The translations under genes were made by a program, and so were the position numbers. Below the pieces are notes generated by a model, which was not told where the DNA came from, did not search any database, and saw only the letters and a list, made by a program, of their open reading frames with translations. Source: Chrysomallon squamiferum (Eukaryota > Animalia > Mollusca). Taken from it: DNA of 64,000 nt. The DNA lies in NCBI GenBank assembly GCA_012295275.1, contig CM022670.1:39370001-39434000 (forward strand). Reading direction: 5' to 3'. Shown here piece by piece: positions 1-39,323 of the stretch. Each line of letters starts with the position of its first letter. Within the stretch, counting starts at the first letter, position 1.

Positions 1-310
1 TGTGTGTGTGTTTATGTGTGAGTGTTTGTGTGTATGTGTGTGTTTGTGAATGTGTGTGTGTTTGTGAGTATATGTGTTCAAGTGTGTGTGTGTGTATGTG
101 TGTGTGCATGAATGTGTGTTAGTGTATGTGTGTGTGTATGCACGGTTTTTGTGATTGAGTATGTGTGTATATGTGTGTGAGTGTGTGTGTGTGTGTGTGT
201 GAGTGAATGTGAGTGTGTGTAGGTGTGTGTGTGAGTCTGTGAGTCTGAGTGTGTGTGTGAGTGTGTGTGTATGTGTGTGCAAGTGTGTGTGAATGTGAGT
301 GTGTGTGTTT
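1..310. repeat. Degenerate (TG)n microsatellite
   Basis: Imperfect tgtg/tgag tract. Confidence 0.95.
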
Positions 311-2051
311 TTAGGAAGCGGCTTGTTACTGAATCGACGATGAGTTGTGTAAACTTCGACCCTGGTGACAGGCGGAGTCTAAGAAACAGTAATTACCTCT
401 TTTACACCGGAGCATCTTGTTCACAGCAACGCCTGCTTGTACCGTGCAGATTAACTAACTAATGATCAGCATATGCTTGTTACTTCCACTCAGGGTTGGT
501 TTCATCCATTTAGGGTGCTGCCTGGTCTGTAGGGAGCCACTGTTGTGTGGAGAATTCCATTAATTGTTCTGGCTATTGATTCTCAGATACTGGCAGATCT
601 GGCTGTTGCATTCGTTTTGTTCAGTTGGTGTTTGTCTCTTGAACACAGCAGACATTACCTGTAAATTGTCAACACTTTTTAATTGGCAAGTTTTCTTTCT
701 GTTTTTTTTTTTTTGTTCAGTCTTTGTTAATGATGTAGTGAGGATTTTATGGTGGTTTTTTTTTGTTGGTTTTTTTTTTTTGTTGTTCAAAAGAAAAAAA
801 ATTTGGTTGTTATTTCTTCAGAGGAAAGTGCTGTGATTGTAATGAAAAACTTGTTGATGTTTTGTGAAGAGGAGTGTGTGTCATTTCATTTAAACACTTA
901 ACTTTGATGATTATTTAAAATCATGTTTTGGGATAATTGTGAAGAAGAAAAAAAAAATGAAAAAAGAAGAAGAAAGGAAGTATTTAAATGCTGTAAAGTA
1001 ATGTGTAGCACGTAATGATTTGGAGTTCCTGTCAGGACTGGAAGTGTGGCCAAATGAACAGCTGATGTGTTTTGTCTCAAGTAAAAAAAAAAAAAACCCA
1101 GTGAAATCTGAAGAGCTATACTGATAAGATTGATGACCAAAAAAAACAAACAACAGGAATGTTTCATTAAGGATTAAACAAGATCAATTTACTTTATTTT
1201 TTATTTTTTTGTTATTATTTTTTTTTTTTTTTTACTTTCAAAATATTCAAAATATTCCATATTTTCAAAATAATTTTTTTTGACATCACAACAACAATTT
1301 ACGGTGTTTCCATGAAGGAGTATACTTCATCGCTGATACTTGAACACGACAAAGATTCTGACCAGTTGTGATTACTAAGATGGCTGGATATAATATCTGC
1401 CAGATGGACCAGATTGTGTTTTACCTGGGCGGATTATCTGTTTATGTAAGTCGTGTGTTTATTGTGTGTTTAATCTGAGCATTGATTACTTCCGTTCTGT
1501 TTGGTGTCCATTGATTGATGTTTGTTTGTGTTTCGTGTTTTCATCTGTTCATTTTGTACTCTGAGTTAAATTGCTTCACACAGATAACTTCTTCTTTTTC
1601 TTTTTTCTTCATCTTTTCTGTTAATTACTTTGCCTTAGTGTTTTAGAAAAAAAAGAAAACTCAATCAAAATGTCATCCTGAAAAAAAAAAAAAAAAAAAG
1701 GCAATTGTCTCTTTTGAGTTCATCCTCCAGTGCGTGTATTTATTTCTGTTGTATGTGTGGTGATTTATTTTTACTTACAAAAGTGTTCTTATCAAATTGA
1801 AATGCAGATTAGATTGTGTAATATAGGAAAATGTGAAAAGTAATCACAGCTGGCATATTTTTATTTCAGTCATTCTTTATATTAATACCATGTTTACTGT
1901 TAATTTAAACTCTTTGGATTATTTCATTTTTGGTATTTTTCTGTTATAATCTGGCCTTTTTTTACTTTTTCCTAATATTATAACTAATAATGTTAGTTAT
2001 TTTTATATTATAATTTGTACTGAGTATATTCCTGTAGAAACAAGTGTTTAT

Positions 2052-2190
<139 letters not shown>

Positions 2191-2413
2191 TTTTTTTTAT
2201 TTATTTAAAATTACTACTTTTACTATTAGACCTGTTTAAATTTTTATTTTATTTTTATTAATATTAACACCTTTTTCACCAATCTTTTGGTTATTTTTCT
2301 TTTATTAATGTTGGTTTTTACTGCTGTGTATTTTAAACTATTATAACTGATGTTATCACATTTCCTGTCAGTTTTGTAACTAGGCTTAATCATTTTTTAA
2401 CCAGTCATGGTAA

Positions 2414-2445
<32 letters not shown>

Positions 2446-2826
2446 AGAAAATATTGGTAATTTTTCTGTTCTCACTAATGTTGGTTGTTTTGTGTTGCAG
2501 CTAGTTTGTTCGTTTCCATGACATGGTTGGGTTATTTTTTTATTGCAACAATTGTCGTTGGTTTCTGTTATTGTTGATAATTTGCATATTGATAATCCGT
2601 TCTAATGTGTATAAATTATTAATCGCTTACATTTATTTGATATTCCCCAAGGAAACCAACCATTGTAATGAACGGGAATTGAAACAGTAATACTTTTATT
2701 TGGCTGACTGAAAAAAAAGAAATATGAGTTTGTGACATTTTTATTTTATTTTATTTTATTTTTATTCTTTTTTAATAAATGCTTTTTTTTAGTTTGTTGG
2801 TTTTTGTTTTATTTCATTCCTTATTT

Positions 2827-2864
<38 letters not shown>

Positions 2865-3182
2865 TTTCATTTTATTTATTTATTTATTTACTTACTTTTC
2901 CTTCTTTTACACCTTGCAGTTTAGAAATAAAAAACATCATCTTCATCTGCTGGTGAACCTTTTAGAAATATTAAGAGACCATTAATGATAGAAAAATTTT
3001 TAAAGAATGTCGTTAAATATGAACACATAAGGACATACACATATATTCAAGCATAGAAAAGCTCAGACACAAATTATAAGCAGCTAAACTCGATACTGTC
3101 AATCTACATAAAAACAACAAACACACAAATACACACACACACACACACAGTCACTCCAACCTCAATTTCATAGTAACATACC

Positions 3183-3233
<51 letters not shown>

Positions 3234-3707
3234 TTTTATTAACCAACCCAGCTTTTATTTTTTTCACTTTTAAAACTCTTTTTCACTTCATCAAATCCGT
3301 TGAAGAGGTAGGAACCTGATGAAGCATCCTTACTCCATTAGTATTTTTTAACTGACAAGTCTGTATGTTTATTTAATCTGACACTCAAACAAAACACTTT
3401 CCAGAAGAGCAGACAGGTACAGAATGGAAAGTATTGTTCAATGGGTGTTGAGTTTCTGTTGTCTTGTTCTTCTGTCATTTCAGGCATCTTCAGTTCTCTG
3501 TGAAATACCAGTGTCTGTTATATTACTTTTGTCTGCTTCTAGAGGTACCCAACTGGAATAGAAAAAAAAAATATAGAAAAAAGTTTGATGATGTGGTTAG
3601 TTAAATGGCTGTTTGATGTTAAATGGGAAATAATTTTTATATGTTAAAAATAAAAAAAAATAAAAATTAGAATGAGGAAGAAAATAGGAAGAATTTAATA
3701 ATAAAAA

Positions 3708-3812
3708 TAACAATAACAACAACAACAACAACAATAACAATAATAATAATAGTAGTAGTAGTAGTAATAGTAGCAATAGTAGCAGTAATAGTGGTAATAG
3801 TAGTGGTAATAG
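3708..3812. repeat. Compound AAC/AAT/AGT trinucleotide microsatellite
   Basis: Seen directly. Confidence 0.9.
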
Positions 3813-5485
3813 AAAATAAATTAATTTAAAAAAATATAAAAAATACATTATTTTAATAAATACTTTTAAAATTATCTTTACATGTTTGTTCTTGGTCAAA
3901 AGTTGTATATACTAAAAATATTTACCTGTTTTATTTAAATATTTGGAGTAAATTCTGTTTTATATGAAGAATACACATTTTCTGTGATTTATAGGTATAG
4001 ACTAGATTATGCACTTTACACTGATTACTTAACTATTACTGCCTGCATTTATGTTCCAACAGGTTTTTTTTTCTTCTTGTTTATTTGTTTTTTATTGCCT
4101 TTTTTATTTTTTTTTTACTTCTGTGTTAAGCCACAAGAAACAGATTTAAATGTTAACGACTCACTGGTTTGCTCTTTTTGTACAAAAGTAATTTTATTAA
4201 TCTTTTTCCCACCGGACTGGTTTGATTTCCTCGAAGAAATCACAAGGATTTTAAAGTGCTTAATTTAAATGGTTGACTTGAATTGAAAAACTTTCACCCT
4301 TGTTATTGAGATTAACTTTCTAACTTTAGGAAATATATTTTAAAGACTTTTGGTCTTTGGAAAAGCAGTCGCTGCAGATATTGGACTACCTGTTTAAAGA
4401 AAGCAACTGTGTTTTGTGTGCATGAATATTAGTTGATTTTTTTTTGTAATGTGTGGAAAATAACACCATACTCGCTAATGATAAAAATTGAAAACCGGCA
4501 CATAGCTTTTTAAGCATTTAATTTAAGAACAAAAAAAAAAATTGTACTTCTTTTTATGTATTTATGTTTAGCTATTAATCTTTGGGAAACAGAGTAAAAA
4601 ATCCTGGTTCTTGAGCCCTTAAATTAAATATCTCTTGAAGCGTCTGATTCAGCAGCAAATGGAATACAGAACCAAAAAAAAAAATCTGAAGAACATTTTT
4701 AAGGCTGCGGCTAACAAAAGTTTTCCAAAATTGGCTTTTATTGATCAGTTTTTAGACCGAACGTGTGCGAGATTGGTCACTGACCTGTGCGAAGGTACTG
4801 ATGACAAAATAGAAAGTGGAAGTTTTCTGATCGCTGGTAATTTCAGCACTTTTTATTACAGTGGGTGTGGGTGTCAGCAAAGAACCCAACCGTGTTTGAA
4901 CGGAACAACGAAAATTGGTAAAAGCGGAGATGATGTTATTTTTGCTGTAGGTGGCCAGATAATCGGCTTGTCGAGTGATACGTCCTGTCACATCTGTCTT
5001 GCTGGTCAGTGTGGAGACAAGCAGGGACAAGCAGGGACACTTGGTTGACATTTATGTAACTCTGGGTAATATTGAGCAGTAAAAAAAAAAAAAAAAAAAG
5101 GAAATGAGGATAAAACAAAAAGAAAGAAACGGAAATGAAAATAAGAAATATCACCCACATGTATGTTCTTGCCTTATTGCCAAGTGTACTTTTAAAAAAA
5201 AAAAAGATATATCAGTTGGGCTTTTTTGTTGTTGTGGTTGTTGTTATTATTATTATTATTGTGATATTTGTATTTGGAAAATGACAGTTTGTAATTTTAT
5301 ATTTCCACAAGCTTTGAACATAGGCCAAATACTTCTATAATCCCTGTCTTTTTTTTTTTTTAAAAATAAATTCCATATGTTAAAAGATTTTCAAATTAAT
5401 TAAAAAATGAAAATCTATGATTGGATTTCTTTTTTTCTTATTTTTGGAAAACTTTTGCAGTCTTATTGCTATTTCCACATTGGTT

Positions 5486-5521
<36 letters not shown>

Positions 5522-6104
5522 AAAAAAAAATTAAGAAAGAAGAAATATGTTTCTAATTATACATATGTCACATAACCTTGTATTTTTTTTTTTTTTTTTT
5601 TTTTTAATCTCTCAGTACTCTTGGCTCCATACTTATCCACAAATTTATTTTTATCTAATTCCAGAATAATAACTGACAAATACTTAGCAAGCTTCCTGGT
5701 AAAAGAGAGTAAAGTTAGCAGAAGAATCTGACAAATGTTTTCACATAATTAAATCTGTCTCCAGGGCCAGGCTGCATTTCCTTCCTATTTATTTCTCATT
5801 TGTTGTCAGCCTTGTAGTCAGAAGTCGTATTGTCTCAGACACTTGGCCTTCACTTATTGTATCAGTGTCACTTTCATTTGTGTCACTTTTTTAAAGTGTT
5901 ATTTTTACTGCAGAAATACGTTTTGTATGCTTCTAAATAGACTGAAAGGTGGTTCCATGCAGTAGTGGCAAACGAAATGCGTTTTTTTACTTTTTTTTTT
6001 TTTTTTTTAGGTTTTAAATAATTAAGTACATGATGGTGTTGCTTGACTTTTTGAAAAATTATTGATCAGCTTTTGAAAATCAGTCTTTATTCCTTGTATA
6101 ATAT

Positions 6105-6163
6105 AATAGGATAGGGTAGGGTAGGATAGGATAGGATAGGATAGGATAGGATAGGATAGGATA
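6105..6163. repeat. (ATAGG)n pentanucleotide microsatellite
   Basis: About 11 copies of atagg/gtagg. Confidence 0.95.
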
Positions 6164-9100
6164 TAATCTAATATAATATATGATATAATAATGTATAATG
6201 AACAGACATGCAGGAAGACATTTTCCTATCTTCTAGAAATCTGGTGACATCCACAATTGTCAGAGAATGAAAACAATAAGAAATATAAGTGTATTTGTTA
6301 AAGATGTACTGTTTACATCTCATGTGTGGATTATATTTTATTTCTTTAAAATTATTCTTCCCCAATGTTTTTATGGATAAGTTTTTATCCAAAGCAATAT
6401 AAAACAACAATATCAGCTCGCACACACACACACACACACACACACATGCATTCATGCACACTCACTCTAACACAAACATACACACACAAAAACAAAACTA
6501 ATAATGAGTGTATATCTGCTGAAATATATTTAATTTCTGACATTTTTATATGTAACATGGAAATTCTTTCTGTTTCCATATACTTTTTGTTTTAGAAATT
6601 AATATTTGGAAATATTTGAAACACATTTCCATCAGCAGTGGACACGAGGTTATCATCATCAGTCATCACTGATGTACTGGCATTTGTTTTAAGACTTCTA
6701 CCTTTTAGCAGGAGCAGTGTAAGATTACTGTAAACAGATTATAATAATATTTGTCATACAAGTTTATTGAACATTTAATCTTTGATCCGTACAGCAGTGA
6801 TTTCATTTTGCTGATTAAGCAGAATTGGCTTTCATTGGTGACTTCTTAATCCTGAAGACTTCAATTAGAAACTAAAATTGATCCTTGGTGTTTGAAGGTT
6901 GTTTCCATGGTGACTCCTGCCAAAAGATCCAGTTGACGATGTAGATATTGTAGAAGGATTCTTGTGTTTCTTAAGATGTATATTTTTCGCTGTTTCATCA
7001 GAAGTTTTATCACTTTGGTGTTGTTCTCTGTGTGTAACATGTTAAAGCACTGAGGCTTTGTGTTGACAGCAGGCAGGAACTTGGCTGGTGTGTGTACAAC
7101 AGTGTAAAGTTGCTGAATCAATACGCTGATTCTGTTATTCAGAATGGTATTAGGAGAATAAATATTTGCCGAATTGATGCCGAAAGCCACCAATTGACAA
7201 CAAGTCAGTAAAGAAAGTTGTTTCTGCAGACACCATGTTGTCAGAATGACGTTGGTCATGCCAGGTGGTCAGAGCTGGTGCGTCGACGATGCTGAATGCC
7301 GATGTGACTGACAGGACAATGACTAGTGTGACTTGTCTGTGTGTGGAATTACCTGAACAGTGGTAATCAGGACTGTTCCGTTTCAGCCTGGCAGGAAACC
7401 CTTGTTAGAAAAACGTATTAATGGATCTGAAACCTGACAGATTGCTTTTTTTTTCTTTTTTTTCTTCTCTGTCTGATCTGACACCTGTTCTTTACATGCC
7501 AAGTGATGGTCATCTATCTCACACAATGGTCAGTTCACTTTGGCCGTCTTGTGGTTTGGTGGTCAGATATCTTGAGCTGCAGGAACATGCATTATCTAAG
7601 GATTTGAGTATTATTTTGTTTTAGTGCCGTTTTATTTTATGTTGCCTCTTTGCAGTTTACTACAGTTTCATTTCTGTAATTTGTTTTAGAATCATCTCTT
7701 TGTTCACTATACCAAGAAATAGTTAAATCATTATTATTGACAGTTTTTTCTTTTTCTTCTTTCTATCTTTTTTTTTTTTTTTTTTTTTTTTTTGATAATT
7801 TATTATTATTATTTATTTGTATTTTATGTTAACAGGTCAATCTACATTTCATTTTTTTTCAATGACGTCAAAAATAAATGTAAAAAAATTCCTTTACTTT
7901 TAAGAAAATCAATTCTAAAGATAATTACAGTTATTCACTTCTTCTGCTGATGAACTGAAAAAGGCCACAGATGGTCTGATAAACATACATATACACTGGG
8001 TTTGTCTCTTTTTGTTATTGTAATAGCTTTAATGATTTTAAAAATTTGTTTCATAATTAAAATTTTACCTTACAACTTTTTGTTGATATTTTCTCTTTTT
8101 AGGTTTTATTTAAAAAAAAAAAAAAACCACTATGTAAACTCATGTTATGAATCTTACTCAGAAACTTTATTTTTTTTATTTTATTTTTTTTACTTACTAT
8201 CTACATTCAAACCTCTTCTGAAATATTCCACATTTTGTTGACAAAACGCAACACGTTGGTGTTTGTAATACAGTTCTGGGTTTAACAAATTACATTTTAC
8301 CTTTTGCCTCGACACTTTGCAAACACACAGCAGAACCCCTTTCGCCAAGACGATTAATTATTTAAGTCATTTTGTGGGTAATAATTTGAGTGGTTTGCGG
8401 AAGAAATTGAATGGGTGCAATGATTAACGGCACAGTTCGTGGCTATTTTTCTTTCATTTGAGAATAATAAGGCCTGATTGTTTCGCGAGAAGACATTAAT
8501 AACCAATCAGGTCGTTCTGTTCAGCTGGAGATCTTATGATGAAGACTCAAACAAGGACTCAGTGATGGTTACTGCCGTTTGTTATTTAATTAGCAAGCAC
8601 GTATATTTCTTACTACTTACAAACAGACTTGTTTTTCCTGTTCTGAGGGTGACCAGAAGAACCTCAGTTGTTTTATCTGTTGACTGAAGTAGAATATTTT
8701 GGCTACAGAGATATTGGCTCTTTGTTTAGTAAATTCAGTTTGCGCTGTTTAAATTTGAATCTGTTCCATTTTGCGAGGTTTTGGGATTCAAAATGCAAGA
8801 TGGTCTTAAATGATTTATGTATTTGTGAATAAACCATTATTCATCTTTAATTTTTAAATTGATTTTTATTTATTTATTTATTTATTTGTTTATTTATTTA
8901 TTTTTATTATTTATTATTATTATTATTAATATTATTATTATTATTATTATTAATATTATTATTTATTTATTTGTGTCTTAAAGTCTTCTAAAATTTTTTT
9001 ATATTTGTGGTGAAAAGGTTCTGATGTATTAATAATAATAATAATAAAAATAATAAAATAACTCTTTTATAAATGTTTTTCTGAATGACAGATATCTACA

Positions 9101-11719
9101 GATATATGTTAAATATAATTAATTCAAGAAACTTCTGTAACATTAGATACTTTAAATTTGTCAAATTGTATAACAAGATATTGAACTTTAATAAACACAG
9201 TGACTTATATGCTATTATGAAAAAACAAAAAAAATAAAACAATTTTAGGTGAGTGGGAACGCATAAACAAACAAGCAACAGATTTTTTTTTTTTTTTTTT
9301 TTAATAAATTGTCATGTTATCTGCTTCAAAACAACAGACACTAATAACTTGTGTTTGTTAATAAAACACATTTTTTTGTTCCTGATAGAAAATGAAAAAG
9401 TTTGAGACTTTTTAAAAATTTGCATTGGCTGATAATTATTTGAAATAACTTCAGAGCAGTTTGAAAAAAAATCACATCATTTTTACATTTAAATATTTTC
9501 ATTTGACATGTGTTCCATTATTAGATGCAAAATAATTTCCTAAAATTGAAAATAAAGTAAGAAGAAAACTATTTGTTGTTTTTTTTTAAAATCTTTTTAC
9601 ACATCCTTCAGTCTTTATTAATCTGTCATATGTGTATTTTGTCAAATTTCCAACAAAACAATTTTTATTGCAAAATATAAAAAAAAAGTCAATTATACCA
9701 TTTTTGGGGGGGCAGAGAATTGTCGATGAAACTTTTAATTTATCTTTCACTTAACCAAACAGAAAAAAAAATGATGACTAAAAAAAAAAAAAAATTAAAA
9801 ACATATAAAAATAAAAAGACATTAAGAAATAGGAAATAGAAGAAAAAAAAAATGTCTTTGACTATTTGTTTTATTTTCAAAAGAATGCTTGTTAATCACC
9901 ATGGAAACTGCATGTTTGTTTGTTTTTAAGATTGATTGTTTAAAAACATTTGTTTGTCAGTGTGTCTGATTTTGTACTCTTGTTATTGACAAATGTGACA
10001 AATGGACAACATTTCTTCACTTTCAGTTTTCACAGTTTAACGTTTCTGAGACATTTGATACGTGAAACCTTTCTTTTAAACAAACAAGTATTTTGATTAT
10101 CTTTGATCCAAAAATATATCTTTATTTTTATAATTTTAGTTTTTTATATTAAGTATTTTTTTTTTTTAATCTAAGAAACCACAAATTAAAAAAAAAAAAA
10201 AATTCAGAAAAAAAAAAAAAACTTTCTTCAATATTTTTAACGATTCAGAGTTGATACTTCACAAAAGTAGGATTGACACTGATAATATACTGGACATAAA
10301 TTTCTACAACATTTTAATTTTCTTTCATTTTGTTTTAAATAACTTAAATTTCACTTGGCCCAGACATTTTTAATTTTGTAACACCATTTAAATATTAATT
10401 TCTGTTACCATTTTTAAACAGTAGTCTTTAATTAGACACATATAATTTGTATGCCTGTAACACCATTTGAATATTTATATCTGTTTTCTTTTTTTTTTAA
10501 CCTTCTTCATCTGTACAATATGCTTAGTCTTTCATTAGCTGTGTGCAGAAGAGTTGGAACTGGAAATAAAAAGGTATTTTGTACCCACTTATTTGATGCT
10601 ATCTGACAAACCTGTTTAAGAAAACATCTGTGTATATCCATAATGTGTAGCTTATCTTTAATTACTACTCAGATAAACTTTCAGGAGTTAAAAGGTTCTG
10701 TATGAAGATATTCGATCATATTTTCAAAGGCTGAATATTTGATAAGCCTGTTAAGAAAATTAGTGTTACTTTACACTTATCTGAATTTTATACATAATTA
10801 CTTTTGGTACGAGAATGTTTCAGGAACTAAAAGGGAGGGTTTTATACAAACACATCTTGCTGTATTTAAGCAGAGTGAAAATTTTGGGGATTTTTCATAA
10901 GCCTGTTTATGAACATTACGGGTGCTGTTTCAAGATTCTGTGTAAAAATCTCAAGTTATTGATGAACATAGTTTGCGAGAATTCATTTAAGCAGTGCTTA
11001 GCTTGCTTGTAATAACACTGTTTCGACCGGATCCCATTAGAAATGTCGATAACACATTTGCTTCATCAGCCCAACCTTACAAAGATTCATTTCTGAAAGC
11101 TAAAAAATCCAAACCGTTTGTTATTGGCAATGAGATGTTTTCAACATTAGTCCCATTTGTCTCAGTTCTGAAACCTCATCCAGCAGAAAGCTGTGTTGTC
11201 TGCTATCATGATTGCATCTGAAATTCTATCCACAGGCCATTAATTTATGATGGATGTTAAAGGTGACCCACACCATATATAATCAGGGAAAAAAGAAAAA
11301 AAAAGAATAAAGCATCATTAATTTTAAAAAAAATGTAGAATAAAATGTAAGTAAAAAGATAAGTTACGATGCGGTAAATCATCTTTGTTTTATGTTGACA
11401 CATCTCCAGAGATTTGCTTTAATCAGTAATTATGCTGTTAATAAAAATTCCAAGATTCATTTATGTAAAACTACTAATAGCTTTGTTCCATGTTGTTGTT
11501 CATATTTTAGTTAAATAACAGTTTAGGAAAATAAAGATTTATGCTTTTTATGTGGAGAAAAACAAGAGAGAGTTTTTTTTAAATGTATATCTATAAATGA
11601 TACATCTAAAATATTCAATTTATTATTTTTTAGCATCCTTACAAAAAATTCACCTTCCATACATTTATTCAAATTCAAAGTATTTTTTAAAAAAAAGTCT
11701 AAAATTATTATTATACTTT

Positions 11720-12145
11720 AATTTCTTTACTTTACCATCATTTTAGTTTCATTTTAGTTCTATGAAACTTTATAATTAAAAAAAAAATTTTTTTAAATTT
11801 CTTTACTTTACCATCAATTTTTGTTTCATTTTAGTTCTATGAAACTTCATAATTAGAAGAAAAAAAAGTTCTTTAAACTATTATTATTTTTTAATTTCTT
11901 TACTTTACTGTCATTTTCATTTTGTTTTTAGTTCTATGAAATCTTATAATTCAAAATACATATTTTTAAAATTATTATTATAATTTAATTTCTTTACTTT
12001 ACTATCATTTTCATTATCATTTTAGTTCTATGAAATTTCAAAATTAAAAAAAAAAAAAATTCGTTTCAAATATTATTAATTTTTAATTTCTTTACTTTAC
12101 CGTCATTTTCACTGTCATTTTCGTTCTATGAAATCTCGTATTTCA
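11720..12145. repeat. Five-copy tandem repeat with a 75-98 bp unit
   Basis: Core aatttctttactttaccatcattt...ttagttctatgaaa at about 11720, 11796, 11893, 11987 and 12085. Confidence 0.9.
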
Positions 12146-12989
12146 AAACCAGCGACATCCGAATGTCACCGCAGTGGTTCGCCTCTTGATTAACGAGTGC
12201 TCGGATTAACAGGAATAACTCACACAGATCTAATTATCAAACTGCTGGCTTGGGAACATCGTCATAGCCTTCGATGTTACGTAGTGCCAGTTATTGATCC
12301 CCCTTTTGTCAGGTGCTTCAGGCTCCCGCTCATTAACTCCAGTGTCCTTTTGTGCTGCTTCATAATGGTCGTATTGTGCCAATTATGCATTTCTATTACA
12401 ACTGTCCAATGTTCCAGAAGCCATTCTCTGATGCTCAGTGATGTTACGTAACGTTCCGTGTGTAGGTTTAATTAGCAGCTATCAGCTGATCAGATGAACC
12501 GGAAACTGAGTTTTATCATCGCTAAGAGGACTGTTAGTGTACACTGGTCTGATGAAATGGATGTTCCGTATTACACACCGTTCTGGGATTGCGTTGTTTT
12601 AATGGTGAACTTACTGATCTAAAAACCCAAAAAGTTTTTCTTTTAATAGTAAAAAAAAAACCCCAAAAAGGGTTTAAAGGTTTTTGGTTTAGTGGTGAAA
12701 GATCAAGATTTTGATTGAGTGTAGAAATAAAGCTAATTAATTTTTTTATTTTTTTATTTTTGATGTGTAATCATATGACAAAAAGTGATCATGATGTTCA
12801 TTTGAAAACATTTTTATCTTTGAAATCGTTCATGTGCATGTATTAATAGTTTAATTGAACTTAACGTTTCATGTACTTTATATAGATCATGTCTTTTTCA
12901 TTATTACTGCTTTCACTTGAATTTTTTCTTTTTTAAAGTTAATTGTATTATTATTTTTTTATTGTTTTTTTTTTCAATTAAAGCTGTAC

Positions 12990-13910
12990 TGTAGTTGACA
13001 GTTATACTGTATGTACCTTGTTATATTTTCTGTTGATAGTTTTAGACTGTTTGTACCTTGTTATATTTTCTGTCGACAGTTTTATACTGTTTGTACCTTG
13101 TTATATTTTCTGTTGATAGTTTTGTACTGTATGTGCCTTGTTATATTTTCTGTTGACAGTTTTATACTGTATATACCTTGCTATATTTTCTGTTGACAGT
13201 TTTATACAGTATGTACCTTGTTATGTTTTCTGTTGACAGTTTTATACTGTTTGTACCTTGTTATATGTTATGTTGATAGTTTTATACTGTATGTACCTTG
13301 TTATGTTTTCTGTTGATAGTTTTATACTGTATGTACCTTGTTATGTTTTCTGTTGATAGTTTTATACTGTATGTACCTTGTTATATTTTTTGTTGATAGT
13401 TTTATACTGTATGAACCTTGGTATATTTTCTGTTGATAGTTTTATACTGTATGTACCTTGTTATATTTTCTGTTGATAGTTTTATACTGTATGTACCTTG
13501 GTATATTTTCTGTTGATAGTTTTATACTGTATGTACCTTGTTATATTTTTTGTTGATAGTTTTATACTGTATGAACCTTGGTATATTTTCTGTTGATAGT
13601 TTTATACTGTATGTACCTTGTTATATTTTCTGTTGATAGTTTTATACTGTATGTACCTTGTTATATTTTCTGTTGATAGTTTTATACTGTATGTACCTTG
13701 TTATATTTTCTGTTGATAGTTTTATACTGTATGTACCTTGTTATATTTTCTGTTAATAGTTTTATACTGAATATACCTTGTTATGTTTTCTGTTGATAGT
13801 TTTATACTGTATGTACCTTGTTATATTTTCTGTTGATAGTTTTATACTGTATGTACCTTGTTATATTTTCTGTTGATAGTTTTATACTGTATGTACCTTG
13901 TTATATTTTC
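12990..13910. repeat. 40-bp minisatellite, about 23 copies, ending exactly at the dystrobrevin 3' splice site
   Basis: Unit ttatattttctgttgatagttttatactgtatgtaccttg; the last partial unit ttatattttc is followed by the acceptor ag. Confidence 0.97.
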
Positions 13911-13912
13911 AG

Positions 13913-38591
<24,679 letters not shown>

Positions 38592-39283
38592 TCCCCCCTC
38601 CCTCCTCCACTCAGTATATATATACATATATATATATATATTTTTAACAAAATACTAGTCAAAATTATTGTGATGAGCATTCCATTGGCTTAATGAACAC
38701 GAGAATAGAAAAGGAAAAAAATTAACATATCCCAATTGTGTATTGAGAAAGAAGGCTGTTGTAAAAATGTCTGCGATATCGACAATACAGATAAAAAAAA
38801 ACCTTCGACCGATTTCTGATTGGCTGGCTTTTTATCAGATGATTGAGTTTTTGATGTTTTAAGAATGGTATTAACTGTGATGTGCTGTATTTGGGTAATC
38901 CTGGCTTATGAATATTCATGCGGTTGGAGTGACTGTATTTGAAACAAAACAAAAAATTCAAAAAAGAAGAAATTTAAAAGTGATTGCTTAATGTGTTGTG
39001 AAGGAAGGAAAAACTGTGAGACTATTTTTGTATCTCTGGCGTGAGTCGAGATCTGACCTTGACCTCTATTACCTCAGTGCTGTGGCCTTGTTACAGGAGT
39101 GGCCAAGTCTGTTTTTGCATGTTGTTGTTTGTTGTGTCCTCTGGTTTAAATAAACGTACGTAACAGTTACCATGTACTCACCAACGTCCTACAGTAAAAT
39201 GTCGCTGTAGCTAATGCCTGTTTGTTTTATTACAGTTCATCCATTTTCCTTTCTTTCACCAAAATCTTGTTTTGTAAATGTAA

Positions 39284-39323
<40 letters not shown>

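Noticed and set aside
4635-5051. Overlapping 137-aa (+) and 99-aa (-) ORFs
   Set aside because: Non-ATG starts, no family similarity and no convincing splice boundaries; better explained as a non-coding island.
6861-7259. 132-aa minus-strand ORF
   Set aside because: No homology or exon signals; consistent with chance.
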